The position numbers and the translations under genes were made by a program. 64,000 bases of DNA, from NCBI GenBank assembly GCA_965204725.1, contig OZ242005.1, positions 3,712,001 to 3,776,000 of the forward strand, given 5' to 3'. Shown one piece after another: positions 38,231-48,154 of this stretch; within the stretch, counting starts at the first letter, position 1; each line of letters opens with the position of its first letter. The notes under the pieces are model-generated. The model worked only from the letters and a program-made list of their open reading frames with translations. It did no database searches and had not been told where the DNA came from. Source of the stretch: Candidatus Latescibacterota bacterium. Lineage in GTDB: Bacteria > Latescibacterota > UBA2968 > UBA8231.

Positions 38231-39208
38231 ATGAAGGAATACGTCATCGGCTTTGACGTGGGCGGCACTCGGGTCAAAAGCGGCGCGGTGACTCGGCGGG
38301 GGCGGATGCTGGCACCGGGCATCAATCCGTCGGGTTTTGCGCTGGGCATGGGCAATTTGCTCAAGACGCTGCAAGGAGAATGCAGGCGGATTGCCAAGCG
38401 GCTGGGCGGCGAGCCGCTGGCCATTGGCTTGGGCTTTCCCGGGGCTGTGGATCCCGAGGTCGGCGTGGTGTACATGCCGGGGAAGATCAAGGGGCTGGAA
38501 GGCTATCCCATTGTCAAACGGCTGGCCAAGGCCACGGGGATTCCAGTCGTCGCCGACAACGATGGCCGCATCTCCATCTATGCCGAGCGACACTACGGCC
38601 TAGCGCGGGATTTGGATTGGGCGGTGACCATCACCCTTGGCACGGGCGTTGGCTCCGGGGTTTTGCTCGACGGCAAAATTCTGCGCGATCCCCATCTCCA
38701 GTTCGGGACCCAGATGAGCCATATCGTCATGCAGGCTCTGGGGGGGAGGCTGTGCCTGACCAACGCGCGGGGCACCGCCGAGATGATGTGCTCGGCCACG
38801 GCCCTGACTCAGCAGGTGCGGGACGGGCTGGCGCGCGGCATTCCCTCGGTCTTGAGCGACCAGTACTTCAAGGACTCCAGCGCAATTGACTTTAAGGCGG
38901 TGATCCGCGGCGTGGTGCGTCAAGACCGGCTCTGCATGGACGAGTTGGAGCACTGGACCCGCAATCTGGGTTGGCTGCTGGTGAGCGCGGTACACGTGTA
39001 CGCGCCCCAGCGGATTATCCTCAGCGGCGGGGCTACCAATGCGGCCAAGCACTTTCTCGAGCCGCTGCAAACGCAAGTGAACGAGCATTTATTTCGCCAC
39101 CCAGCGGGCGCGGGAGTGCCGATTGTGTTGTCCAAGCTACGCGACCACGCCGGCGTTTTGGGGACGGCGGCAATCGCTTGGGAAAAAGTCAATGGAGAAA
39201 AGACGTGA
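38231..39208 (+). CDS. ROK family sugar kinase
   Basis: GFDVGGT, GFPG, DNDG, TLGTGVGSG, ILSGG. Confidence 0.9.
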   Translation: MKEYVIGFDVGGTRVKSGAVTRRGRMLAPGINPSGFALGMGNLLKTLQGECRRIAKRLGGEPLAIGLGFPGAVDPEVGVVYMPGKIKGLEGYPIVKRLAKATGIPVVADNDGRISIYAERHYGLARDLDWAVTITLGTGVGSGVLLDGKILRDPHLQFGTQMSHIVMQALGGRLCLTNARGTAEMMCSATALTQQVRDGLARGIPSVLSDQYFKDSSAIDFKAVIRGVVRQDRLCMDELEHWTRNLGWLLVSAVHVYAPQRIILSGGATNAAKHFLEPLQTQVNEHLFRHPAGAGVPIVLSKLRDHAGVLGTAAIAWEKVNGEKT

Positions 39209-40233
39209 AAGAGCAACCCCTTCGCACCACCGTTATCGGCTCTTACCCCTTCCCGAGCTGGCTCGAACACGCGGCTGAGCACCTCAATGCTTTCGGGCCG
39301 GACGACATCGCCGAGATGCAGGACGACGCGGTCGTTGCCGCGCTCGGCGACCAAGTGCGTGCCGGGTTGGACGTCGTCTCCGATGGCGAGCAAACCCGTT
39401 TTGATTTTAACCTCTCCTTTTACGGCTATCTAGAAGGCATCGACCTAGAGTCCGCACCGCCTAGACGCTTCGGTCCGCCCGCCCACGACCAGCGCGGTCG
39501 CCATGCAATCACCGGACCGCTGCAAGCGCCGCACGGCTTGGGGGCCGTGGAGGAGTTTGCGCGGCTCAAGCGGTTGGCGCCAGCAGGGCCAACGCTCAAG
39601 GCCAGCGTACCGGGGCCTTATACCTTGAGCGGCCGCTTGGTGCCCAACGGCCAGTACCCGGACCGCTGGGCCGTGACCGAGGCGTTGTTGCCGATTGTGC
39701 GGAGCGAGTTGGCGGCGCTCTGTGCGGCGGGTTGCACGGAACTGACCGTTGATGAGCCGTCGATGAGTTGCTACGCCCACCGCGAGGATCCAGCGCGTTT
39801 TGTCGATATCTTCAACCGCACGGTCGAGTCTGTCGTGGGCCAGTGCCGGCTCTCGACCCACCTGTGCTTTGGCAACTACAAGGGCCGCGCCGTAGGGCTG
39901 CGCCGCTACGCGCCCATGTTCCCGGCATTCTTGGACATGCAGGTCAATGAGATGCACGTTGAGATGGCCAGCCGCGAGTTCGCCGAGCTGGAGACCATCG
40001 GCCCGATCGCCGAGAAGATGGACGTGGCGGTGGGAATCGTCGATGTGAAGAGCTATTACCTAGAAACCGTAGAAGACATCGCAGCGCGGGTGGAGGCGTG
40101 CTTGGAGTATGCTCCAGCCGACAAGCTCGCCTTCGCGCCCGATTGCGGGCTGAGCCAAACGGCGCGCTGGGCGGCGCGGCAGAAGCTGGAGAACATGGTG
40201 GCTGGGGTGTGCGCCGTGCGGGAGAAGCTGTGA
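39205..40233 (+). CDS. Cobalamin-independent methionine synthase II (MetE C-terminal-like) family protein
   Basis: TTVIGSYP, DGEQTR, VDEP, HLCFGN, PDCGL Zn ligands; GTG start overlaps the ROK stop. Confidence 0.9.
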   Translation: MKEQPLRTTVIGSYPFPSWLEHAAEHLNAFGPDDIAEMQDDAVVAALGDQVRAGLDVVSDGEQTRFDFNLSFYGYLEGIDLESAPPRRFGPPAHDQRGRHAITGPLQAPHGLGAVEEFARLKRLAPAGPTLKASVPGPYTLSGRLVPNGQYPDRWAVTEALLPIVRSELAALCAAGCTELTVDEPSMSCYAHREDPARFVDIFNRTVESVVGQCRLSTHLCFGNYKGRAVGLRRYAPMFPAFLDMQVNEMHVEMASREFAELETIGPIAEKMDVAVGIVDVKSYYLETVEDIAARVEACLEYAPADKLAFAPDCGLSQTARWAARQKLENMVAGVCAVREKL

Positions 40234-40257
40234 GAGGATTGCCTGACGACGCTAGGG

Positions 40258-40339
40258 GTCATTCCCGCGCAAGCGGGAATCCAGAAAAGGACCCAGCCGA
40301 ATCAGAAACTGAAACCCTAATTGTAAGAACGCTTCTAAG
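40258..40339. repeat. Partial inverted copy of the 33090-33231 element
   Basis: Reverse complement matches 33090-33171 closely; its end overlaps the stop codon of the adjacent PhyH gene. Confidence 0.8.
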
Positions 40340-41141
40340 GCGTATGATCCGTGTCAACCGGCATTTCGTCGTTGGTCAGAAAGCGTTCCGTAGTATTGTG
40401 GGTCGCTGGGTTGGTGCGGAAGTCGGCGATCCAAGGCTGGCGGAAATAGGCCTGCTTTTCGCGCGGCAGGCTGTGCAGCACCGCCGGGGGGATCTTCAGC
40501 CGGTGCCAGTGGGTGGCCAAATGCGAATAGGCGTGGAGGATGGCCACACGCGGAGTGTCGCGACGCCACACCGGTCCAGCGTGGCACAAGTTTTCGGTAA
40601 AGAAAACCGCGCTGCCGGCCGGGCAGGAATATGTGGTGAGGAAAGGGCTGCGCTTGCCCTCTTCCAGCGACAAATGATCCTCGTGGATGGGAAATTCCGA
40701 CTTGTGGCTGCCGATTAAGAAATGGGTGCTCTGGTCTGCTAGCGCAATATCGGTCAATTCAAAAATAACCCGCACCATACCGGCGTGGATGCGCCCGTTC
40801 TTTACCCGATAGCCAAAAATGGGATCGGCTTGTCTAGGCCCGCCCCCGTGTAGCGGGCCGTGTTCCTCGCCCTTTTTGCGCCAAACGCAGCCACAGCCTT
40901 CCACTCTTATATCGGGTCCGATTACTTCGCGGATTACATCAACCACTTGGGGATGGTCAATCAGTGCGCTGGCCGGGCCGCCGGGCACGTCGCGGTGCTC
41001 GGGCGGCAGCGACTGCGGGTCGTGTTTGATGCGGTCAATCTGATCGACGATGGCGGCGACTTGGGCTGGCTCCAAGATGGCGGGGCGGACCAAAAAGCCG
41101 GTGAGGTCAAAGCGGAAGCGTTCTTCTTCGGTCATGGCCAT
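40335..41141 (-). CDS. Phytanoyl-CoA dioxygenase (PhyH) family protein
   Basis: EERFRFDLTGFL, LIDHP, LHGG, GSHKS, FFTENLCH. Confidence 0.85.
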   Translation of the reverse strand: MAMTEEERFRFDLTGFLVRPAILEPAQVAAIVDQIDRIKHDPQSLPPEHRDVPGGPASALIDHPQVVDVIREVIGPDIRVEGCGCVWRKKGEEHGPLHGGGPRQADPIFGYRVKNGRIHAGMVRVIFELTDIALADQSTHFLIGSHKSEFPIHEDHLSLEEGKRSPFLTTYSCPAGSAVFFTENLCHAGPVWRRDTPRVAILHAYSHLATHWHRLKIPPAVLHSLPREKQAYFRQPWIADFRTNPATHNTTERFLTNDEMPVDTDHTP

Positions 41142-41301
41142 GAGATACCTTTCGGGAAACGTTTTTGGTGAGTGTAGGAGAAGCCGACGACCGCCGGCCT
41201 CAGTTGACCCCCTGCATGAGGCGTTGGGTGATAAATTGGCGTTCAAGATACCCCGATCCACCGCTGCAATCAAGCACAGCGCACCCTCGGAAAAAGGCGC
41301 G

Positions 41302-41389
41302 GACTGGATTCCCGCCCCGTGTCGGGGCACGGGGTGACGTTCTTTCGCGGGAAGGACGCCTTATATGCAAAAAAGACCGGGCCGATCAA
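41302..41389. repeat. ~87-bp dispersed palindromic repeat (family B), copy 2
   Basis: Near-identical to 20702-20788. Confidence 0.85.
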
Positions 41390-41436
41390 CATTCCATGCT
41401 TTCGAGTCATTTAGGACTGCTATATAGTGGTTCATA

Positions 41437-42280
41437 GAAGCTATCTCATAAATACCGTAGCAGTATGAGGATGCATCCGAGTTGTACAAAGCCGAGGTAG
41501 TTTTCAGCATAGTATTCGTATCGAACCACGATGCGGCGGAAGTTATGCAACCAAGCAAACAGTCTTTCTATTTTCCAGCGTCTTTTGTAGCCCCGCAACC
41601 GCCGCCCGTCCTGGGTTTTGGCCTGCGTACGATTGCGGCGATGCGGCGCGATCATCTCAATGCCTTGGTCGGCCAGGCTCGCATCCAATCGATCCGAGTC
41701 GTAGGCTCGGTCCCCGATGAGTCGTTGCGGTCGGGGCTGGACCCATCGGTTTTCCAGGGTGGCTTCTACGAGGGTGACTTCGTGCGGCGAAGCACTTTGG
41801 ATGAGTACGGCGATAGGAAGACCAGCGCGGTCTGCCACTGCCATGAGCTTCGTACCTTTGCCCCGCTTGGTCGGACCCACTTGGTCCCCCCTTTTTTCGC
41901 CGCGACAAACAGGCCATCGATGAAGCATTCGCTCACATCAAGGCCCCCGCGCTCATGCAAGTCGTGCGCGAGGGTGCGCAGAATATGTTCAAAGGTGCCA
42001 TCAGACGACCACTGTTGGAATCGACGATGGCAGGTCTGGTAGGACGGATAGCGAGCAGGCAGGTCATGCCCAGGCGCCCCGGTGCGGAGAATCCACAGAA
42101 TACCATTGAGCACCGCTCGGTTACAACGCCACGGACGACCCCGGCCATCGCGGCGTTTGGGACACGCCGGCAGCAGTGGGGACACTATCGACCACTGTTC
42201 GTCTGTAAGATCCATAAGAGATACCTCCGAAAGGGAATACCACTAACGTAGCACAGCCAGACTATTTATGAGATAGCTTC
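41437..42280 (-). mobile_element. IS5 family insertion sequence (IS427-like group)
   Basis: Perfect 18-bp TIRs gaagctatctcataaata (41437-41454 and 42263-42280) enclosing a split transposase. Confidence 0.93.
41446..42215 (-). CDS. IS5 transposase, two ORFs joined by a probable programmed -1 frameshift
   Basis: OrfA LTDEQW...RTGAP.HDLP...HRRFQQW; OrfB GDRAYDS...[11 protein letters not shown]; A6G6 slippery site at 41886-41897. Confidence 0.92.
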
Positions 42281-42929
42281 AAGTGCCCAACAGGGCAAGT
42301 TCACCCTGCAACTGATCCTACGCCGCCATCTTTTGCGCCTCGGCTACCGAGTCGGTCAGATCGGCACGGAGCACCATGCAGCACTGTTTGGCATGGACCT
42401 CGCCTTTCCCATGGGCTATGCCTCCAATGTGTCGCTGCCGTTGCAATACTACGTGCCCTATCTGGACTATAAGTTGCGGCAACTCAGCCAGCAGCAGCCC
42501 GATCTCATCTTGGTTGGCTCGCAGTCGGGCACCATCCCCTACGATGTACATGAACATCGCACCTATTCTTTGACTTCGACAGCCTTTCTGTTGGGGACTA
42601 AGCCGGATGCGTGTATCCTCGTGGTCAACAGCATCGACGTCGACGAGTATATCCAAGACACCATCGACGCCCTTCGTGCGCTCGCCAAAGCACCGACGCT
42701 GCTGTTGGCTATGAGCGACCAAGAAAAGCACATCCGCGCCGCTTACGGGCGCACGTTCATCAAGCCACGTCCGATGACTGCGGAGCACATCAAACGCACC
42801 TTGGGTCGGCTCGAAGACCGCTTTGGCTTGCCGGCGGTGTCTATCCTTTCAGAGGCCGGCCAGCAGCGGATGGTGGATACGGTGGTCAACCACTTTGCCG
42901 AGGAGTCTGTATCGTGTCCGATCAACTGA
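42281..42929 (+). pseudogene. 5'-truncated DUF1611-like P-loop protein
   Basis: Frame starts at the IS end: SAQQGKFTLQLILRR...GYRVGQIGTE...LILVGSQSG...FLLGTKPDACIL; no start codon or N-terminus. Confidence 0.75.
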
Positions 42930-43174
42930 AAGCAGAGATTAAACACCTGATCGTCGCCGCGCTTGGATTGGACGTGGACCCGGCGGAGATTCCCGACGAC
43001 GAGACGCTGTTCGGTGGAGGCATGGACCTCGACTCAATAGCCACCTTAGAGATCATCGTCGCCGCAGAGGAGGCATTCGGCATTACGGTCGAAGATGACG
43101 AACTGACCGTCGAACTGTTTGACTCGGTAGAAGCACTGGCTGAATACGTCGCCAGTAAGCAGATGGCAGATTGA
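42914..43174 (+). CDS. Acyl carrier protein
   Basis: gaggag RBS; LFGGGMDLDSIATLEIIVAAEEAFGI with the phosphopantetheine Ser. Confidence 0.9.
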   Translation: MSDQLKAEIKHLIVAALGLDVDPAEIPDDETLFGGGMDLDSIATLEIIVAAEEAFGITVEDDELTVELFDSVEALAEYVASKQMAD

Positions 43175-43207
43175 CTCCGTGCAACGTACCCTACCCCTGC
43201 ACCCACT

Positions 43208-43813
43208 ATGCAACATTATCCTCTTGACCTCAGCCAATACTTAAATAATGACGGCATCTCTTTCGAGATCGATGTAGAAGATGGCGACTTCGATGGATTA
43301 GGTAACACCTATCCGGCTGAAAAACTACCGGACTCAAAGCAGCTCACCACCCTGTATGGGACTCCGATGCTATTTCCCGACAAATGCGACGGTGCCTTTA
43401 ATAATATCGTCCTCGAAGCCCAGCAGATTGTGGTACCTTCTGGGCACTATTCCACGTTGGCAGTTATCGGAGCTTCGGACTCTGGACGCTATGTGAACGG
43501 CGGTTATCAAGACCTGCTCGTCTTCTCGTATCGGGACGCTGAGGAATGCGCGACATTGAGATTGAAAGACTGGATATGTATAGAGGAGCAGCGGTCAGGA
43601 GGACGCGAAGCACTGCGCTGTCCCTATATGCACGGCCCTACCGGTCGCTGCGCGTTGTCTGAGCGAGGATATGAGACCTATCCGACCCTTTGGTACGAGG
43701 AAATCGAGATAGACGAGTCAAAAACGCTGGAACGCATCCAGCTACCGGACAACCCCTGTATGCACATCTTTTCAATGACCTTGATGGCGCGAAGATGTTC
43801 TCGAAAGGAATAA
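43208..43813 (+). CDS. Hypothetical beta-sandwich protein
   Basis: DLSQYLNNDGIS..GDFDGLGNTYP...L..IQLPDNPCMHIFSMTL; resembles accessory domains of some glycoside hydrolases (from memory). Confidence 0.6.
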   Translation: MQHYPLDLSQYLNNDGISFEIDVEDGDFDGLGNTYPAEKLPDSKQLTTLYGTPMLFPDKCDGAFNNIVLEAQQIVVPSGHYSTLAVIGASDSGRYVNGGYQDLLVFSYRDAEECATLRLKDWICIEEQRSGGREALRCPYMHGPTGRCALSERGYETYPTLWYEEIEIDESKTLERIQLPDNPCMHIFSMTLMARRCSRKE

Positions 43814-43814
43814 C

Positions 43815-44813
43815 ATGAAGCGACGAGCTACGTTATACCATTTAGATCGGCGGCCGATGTACTACGGCTGCGCGGGCACGACCATGGCTGCACTCCAATA
43901 CTATAATCCCGTATTGGCTGATCCGCTAGCGTACTACGCCTCTCTGCTGAGTTGGACTTTTTTCTTTGATAAAGATCGGGGTATGCCCCTCAAAATTCCG
44001 GCAAGCCAGCTCATGCAGCGGAATTTGCAGCACTTGTACGGAATTATCCAAGATGAAATCCGCGAGGACCGTTTTGACGACTTATGGCTAGCGATTGAAA
44101 GCCTGTTGGTACAAGGGCGCGTCGTCGTCGTATGGGTTGACGCCAACCATATCAACGACAACGCGTTCCATTATAACCGAGTTTCCGGGGAAGTTGAACT
44201 CATGGTCATTTGCGATTGCGACCACAGCAACGACACATTGGAGATCATCGTCAATCCTCAGCGTTTCCATGGCTCCATACCGCTTTCGTGCCTTTCAGAC
44301 ATCTTAATGTTCAATCTTGCCTATGATTATCGAGTGCCCGAACGTTTGGTCCCGTGGCCTGCAAGCCAAGGCAAACAGCTTTTGCAAGCAGACGTATTGG
44401 GAATGCTGCACGGAGGCACTAGGGGAATGGTAGAAACAGGCTTCTCCGCGATCCGTTTGTTCATAGAAGAAATGAAATCGCACACTGGTTCCAGCGATGA
44501 TGTACTGCGTCCGTGGATGCACGAAGCATTTAAGCAGTTGGCCTTTACCGGGCCGCAACGCACGGTCTTCGGCCAGACGCTCGAACGACTCGCCGATCTA
44601 CATTGTGTCCCCAAGCTGGAGACCATCGCCCAGCGTTTTCTTGCTATCGCCCAGAGTTGGGAGGTCGCCCGCAATATGTTCTTCAAAGGCTGTAAGCGAG
44701 CACCAGCCGCCATGTTGCCGCGTATTCTCAAACGAGTTGAAGCACTGCTTATCGAGGAGCAAGAACAGGCCTACATGATCCAAACGTGGCTGCAAAAATC
44801 CCCGAACCAATGA
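43815..44813 (+). CDS. BtrH-like (papain-like fold) protein
   Basis: N-terminal GC..T...L, VVVWVD, C-terminal R..F...L...F..IA..W helical region; adjacent to an ACP as in butirosin-type clusters. Confidence 0.6.
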   Translation: MKRRATLYHLDRRPMYYGCAGTTMAALQYYNPVLADPLAYYASLLSWTFFFDKDRGMPLKIPASQLMQRNLQHLYGIIQDEIREDRFDDLWLAIESLLVQGRVVVVWVDANHINDNAFHYNRVSGEVELMVICDCDHSNDTLEIIVNPQRFHGSIPLSCLSDILMFNLAYDYRVPERLVPWPASQGKQLLQADVLGMLHGGTRGMVETGFSAIRLFIEEMKSHTGSSDDVLRPWMHEAFKQLAFTGPQRTVFGQTLERLADLHCVPKLETIAQRFLAIAQSWEVARNMFFKGCKRAPAAMLPRILKRVEALLIEEQEQAYMIQTWLQKSPNQ

Positions 44814-45257
44814 CAACAGCAAAATCCGAGTGCGGGCGATACGCTTCGCCCATTGGCGACAAACTGAGTGCGTTGCTCTGGCCCGATGACGTGGTGCCCT
44901 TTTGGGTTGATGGCGAATTCAGCATTCCGCTCTTCCGTGGGATCCAGAACATAATGCCCGCTGTGTTGGTTGGACCGCTACATAAGGAAGTCTTCTTCAC
45001 GTGGCGTTCTGTATCAAACCTTGCAGACAAAGCTCTTTTGGGTTTTCAGTACGCTGTTATGCACCGCCGCTTTCGCGTCGCTACACGATCCTCCGGCGCA
45101 GATGACAGATGCGTTGTTGCTCGGCTTGGTTACATGCTATGTCATGAAAAAGCGCGGTTCGATTACGGAATGCTTCGCAATACATGCTGTGAATAATTTC
45201 TTTGTCTTAGCTGAGCGGATTGGATACGAATACATGACCACGGTCGCGTATCCGTGA
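44810..45257 (+). pseudogene. Degraded CPBP (Abi/CAAX) intramembrane protease
   Basis: GPLHKEVFF/RGVLY (decayed EExxFRG, frameshift near 44999), FASLH, IHAVNN. Confidence 0.7.
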
Positions 45258-45295
45258 TATAATCCGCGGCCCGGCCTTGAGCTGACCATGGTGTA

Positions 45296-46240
45296 TTACG
45301 AAAGCGGCCCGTAGGCGCTGAGAGCCGCGTCGTGGAAAAGTGCCCGGCACTCGTCGCCCGAAAAGCCGGTGGTCCATTTGAGGAACTTGGCGTAGAGATA
45401 GCCAATGCTAATGCCCCGCAGTTTATCAACCGGATAGTTGCTGGCAAACATGCAGCGGCTACAGCCAAAGCGTTCGATCAGCTCGTGAACGACCGCGGCG
45501 ATTTTGGCCTCTTTGGCCGCGTCTTCGTGGAAGGCGTCCCGGGCAAACCACGCCATAGACAGCTTCATATAGACATTGGGCAAAGCGGCCAGCGCGGCCA
45601 TGCCTTCGCGCCAGAGGGCCTCGTGCGCTTGGTCCTCGCCGTCGTGGAGGAAGCCGAGGTGATTGGCGACGACGCGGAGGTTGGGGAAGTCGCGGAAAAC
45701 CGCGACCGCGTCGGCCACTTGGTGGGGATTGCAGGAAAGGTCAAAGGCGAGGTTGTGGCGTTCTAACAGGGCCAAGCCCGTGCGGAAGCGGCTGCTTTGC
45801 AACACGCCATCTTCGACCTGCGGCCAAGTCAGGTCGGGGTTGTCGGGATGGTGATTGAGGATCATGCGCACACCGCGCAGACGGCCCCCAGCGGCCTCTA
45901 AGTGTTGTTCGATGGTGCGCTCGGCCGCGGCTATGTCGCGCTCCAGATGCACGTACGCGACTATGCCAAAGGGCTGTTCGGCCGCGGTCGGTTCGAGCTG
46001 GTCGCGCACCCAGCGCGTTTCCTCAACGGTATCGACGGGAACGCCGCCCGCGACTTGGCCGACGACGGTTTCGACGTGGACGCCGCTGACCCGTTGCAAC
46101 TCAGGAGGGAGCTCGCTCATGTCTTGGGCGTAATCGGCGGCTCGGTACGCCGGCATGACGGCCCCGAGGTTGGGGTTGGGCCGCTCGGCTAGGTCCCAGA
46201 GGTGGAAGTGGGGGTCGCACAAGGGGATGGGAGTCTGCAT
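45296..46240 (-). CDS. Amidohydrolase_2 family protein (sugar lactonase-like)
   Basis: DPHFHLWD, RGVR, NHLG, FASNYPVD; start ATG 46240. Confidence 0.88.
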   Translation of the reverse strand: MQTPIPLCDPHFHLWDLAERPNPNLGAVMPAYRAADYAQDMSELPPELQRVSGVHVETVVGQVAGGVPVDTVEETRWVRDQLEPTAAEQPFGIVAYVHLERDIAAAERTIEQHLEAAGGRLRGVRMILNHHPDNPDLTWPQVEDGVLQSSRFRTGLALLERHNLAFDLSCNPHQVADAVAVFRDFPNLRVVANHLGFLHDGEDQAHEALWREGMAALAALPNVYMKLSMAWFARDAFHEDAAKEAKIAAVVHELIERFGCSRCMFASNYPVDKLRGISIGYLYAKFLKWTTGFSGDECRALFHDAALSAYGPLS

Positions 46241-46266
46241 GGAGAAAACCTTTCGCTGATAAGTAG

Positions 46267-47130
46267 CTAAGCAAACGCCGCTTTCACGGCTTGGGGCAGC
46301 GGGCAATGCGCCCCGCGGTGCTGCACCGCGCTGGCGCCGGCGGCACACGCTAAGTCTAGTGTCTGTTGCGGGTGGGTGCCGAGCAGGGCACTGGCGGCCA
46401 AAACCCCGCTGAAGGCGTCGCCCGCACCGACCGCATCGACGACGGACACAGGCGCGGGCCGGGCGGCAAACGAGGCCCCCGGAAGGTGGAGCTGAGCGCC
46501 GTCGCGGCCAAAGGTAATCGCGAGGCGGTCCAGCGCGTAGCGGGCGAGCAAGTCGGCGGGCGCGGAGACTGCGGCAAGGTCCCGCACGGCCTCCCACTCT
46601 TCGCCGTTGAGTTTGACAGTGGTCGCCGCTTCGAGACCCAAGCGCACGGTCTGCGGCGTATAGCAACCTGCACGCAGGTTGACATCGAAAAACCGATGCC
46701 GGGGCTGGGCGGCCAGCAAGTGGGCTAGTCCCGGGCGATTGGCCGGGCTGCGCTGCGCGGCCGTTCCATAGTAAATCAGGTCGATGGGCCGGTCCAATGT
46801 CGGCTTCGTTTTGATGTGATCCCAAGCCACGCCGGCGCGAATGGTGTAGGAGGGCTGGCCATTGTTGAGTGATACATCGACCGTGCCCGTAGGCTCGGGC
46901 CGATCGGCGACCCATTGCTGACCAATGTCGGTGCGCCGCAGAAAGCCCCGCGCTTGTCGCCCTAGCTCGTCCCGCCCCACAGCGCTGACCATGGCCACGG
47001 GAAAGCCGAGTTGGCGCAAGTTCCAAGCGAAGTTCAGGGAGGCCCCTCCCAAGCAGGTGCGATCGGGGAAGCAATCGTAGAGGATCTCGCCAAAGACGAT
47101 GGAAGTGAAGTGCGCTTTGTCCATTGCCAT
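46267..47130 (-). CDS. PfkB family carbohydrate kinase
   Basis: FGEILYD, GGASLN, VGRDELG, DVNLR, DAVGAGDAF. Confidence 0.92.
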   Translation of the reverse strand: MAMDKAHFTSIVFGEILYDCFPDRTCLGGASLNFAWNLRQLGFPVAMVSAVGRDELGRQARGFLRRTDIGQQWVADRPEPTGTVDVSLNNGQPSYTIRAGVAWDHIKTKPTLDRPIDLIYYGTAAQRSPANRPGLAHLLAAQPRHRFFDVNLRAGCYTPQTVRLGLEAATTVKLNGEEWEAVRDLAAVSAPADLLARYALDRLAITFGRDGAQLHLPGASFAARPAPVSVVDAVGAGDAFSGVLAASALLGTHPQQTLDLACAAGASAVQHRGAHCPLPQAVKAAFA

Positions 47131-48098
47131 CACAACGCGGGAAAGAGCACATAGCCCACTGCGCTGCGCTCCAACCAGATTTTGCAAAATTCCTCGAGGT
47201 CGTACGCTCGTGCAACCTCGGCGGGCGCGGCCGGGTCGTTGACCAGCACGGTAGGCCCGGCGCAACCCCGCACGACCAGCAAATGCCCAGCCGTCCGCTC
47301 AATAGCCGCCCGGGTCAACTCGCCTGCCTCGTAGCGGACGGAGGCAATAATGGGAAAGCCTGCGTTGAGCAGCGCGTACGCCGCCGCCCAAGAGGGAAAG
47401 TGCAACAGATAGCCTAAGAGCCCTTGGCCGGCCGCGGCGTGGATATTGGCCGGCCACACGCCGTATAGTCCGCTCGGCTGGTGGTGCGCCGCTGCGATCA
47501 CGTCGTAGATGTCGGGGCGATGGCCGTAGTACGCGAGGACCATGGCGACGCTGGTCGGCGAGCAGACGCGGGAAGCGAGCGCGGGCCGCAGAGCCATCTG
47601 GCTTTGCTGTGGCACCGCGAGGGCCGTATCGCGGCCGGCGAGCGTCGGAGCGGGCACTGCGCCCTTGTGGCGCACCGAGACCGAGAGCAAGGCCGGGGCC
47701 TTGGGGGCGACGCCTTGGACGCGCAGGTGGAGGGTGACCGCTTGCAATGGGGTGCGGATGCGCAGGAGGTCGGTAGCCGCTTCGACCGCCTCGGTTGCCT
47801 CGCCGACTTCGGCCCCGAGAAACGAGCCGACCGGTTCGAGGACGGCCCGGCTGCGCTGACCCGTTTTGGTTTCGCATTCCACTGCGAACTGATAGCCCCA
47901 CGCGCCGTCGTGGACGACCGAGAGGCACGGCAGGATTTCTAGCGCACCGTCTAGCACTGCGGGTGGCAAGCCAAACGAGAACTCGTCGCCATGCCATGCC
48001 AACGGCTCGATTTGCTGGGGCCAAAGGGACGGCGGGACAGCGCGTTTTAGAACGGCCTCGTCCAGCCTGTGGGCAAACAATAGAAGGGCGTTGTTCAT
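47130..48098 (-). CDS. C39-like peptidase
   Basis: VPQQSQM...CSPTSVAMVL...YGVWPAN...GHLLVVRG...VNDPA (Q-C-H-D residues); start ATG 48098. Confidence 0.85.
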   Translation of the reverse strand: MNNALLLFAHRLDEAVLKRAVPPSLWPQQIEPLAWHGDEFSFGLPPAVLDGALEILPCLSVVHDGAWGYQFAVECETKTGQRSRAVLEPVGSFLGAEVGEATEAVEAATDLLRIRTPLQAVTLHLRVQGVAPKAPALLSVSVRHKGAVPAPTLAGRDTALAVPQQSQMALRPALASRVCSPTSVAMVLAYYGHRPDIYDVIAAAHHQPSGLYGVWPANIHAAAGQGLLGYLLHFPSWAAAYALLNAGFPIIASVRYEAGELTRAAIERTAGHLLVVRGCAGPTVLVNDPAAPAEVARAYDLEEFCKIWLERSAVGYVLFPAL

Positions 48099-48154
48099 CA
48101 GATTGAAAGGGGAAGAATACACTGAATCGCTACCTGCGTCCAGCAAGCAACAGC

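Noticed and set aside
38971-39204. N-terminal extension of the MetE-like ORF
   Set aside because: It overlaps the ROK gene; the GTG at 39205 fits the family start.
45296-47302. 668-aa ORF as a fusion protein
   Set aside because: Only the last 314 aa are an amidohydrolase; the upstream part is an off-frame shadow of the PfkB gene.
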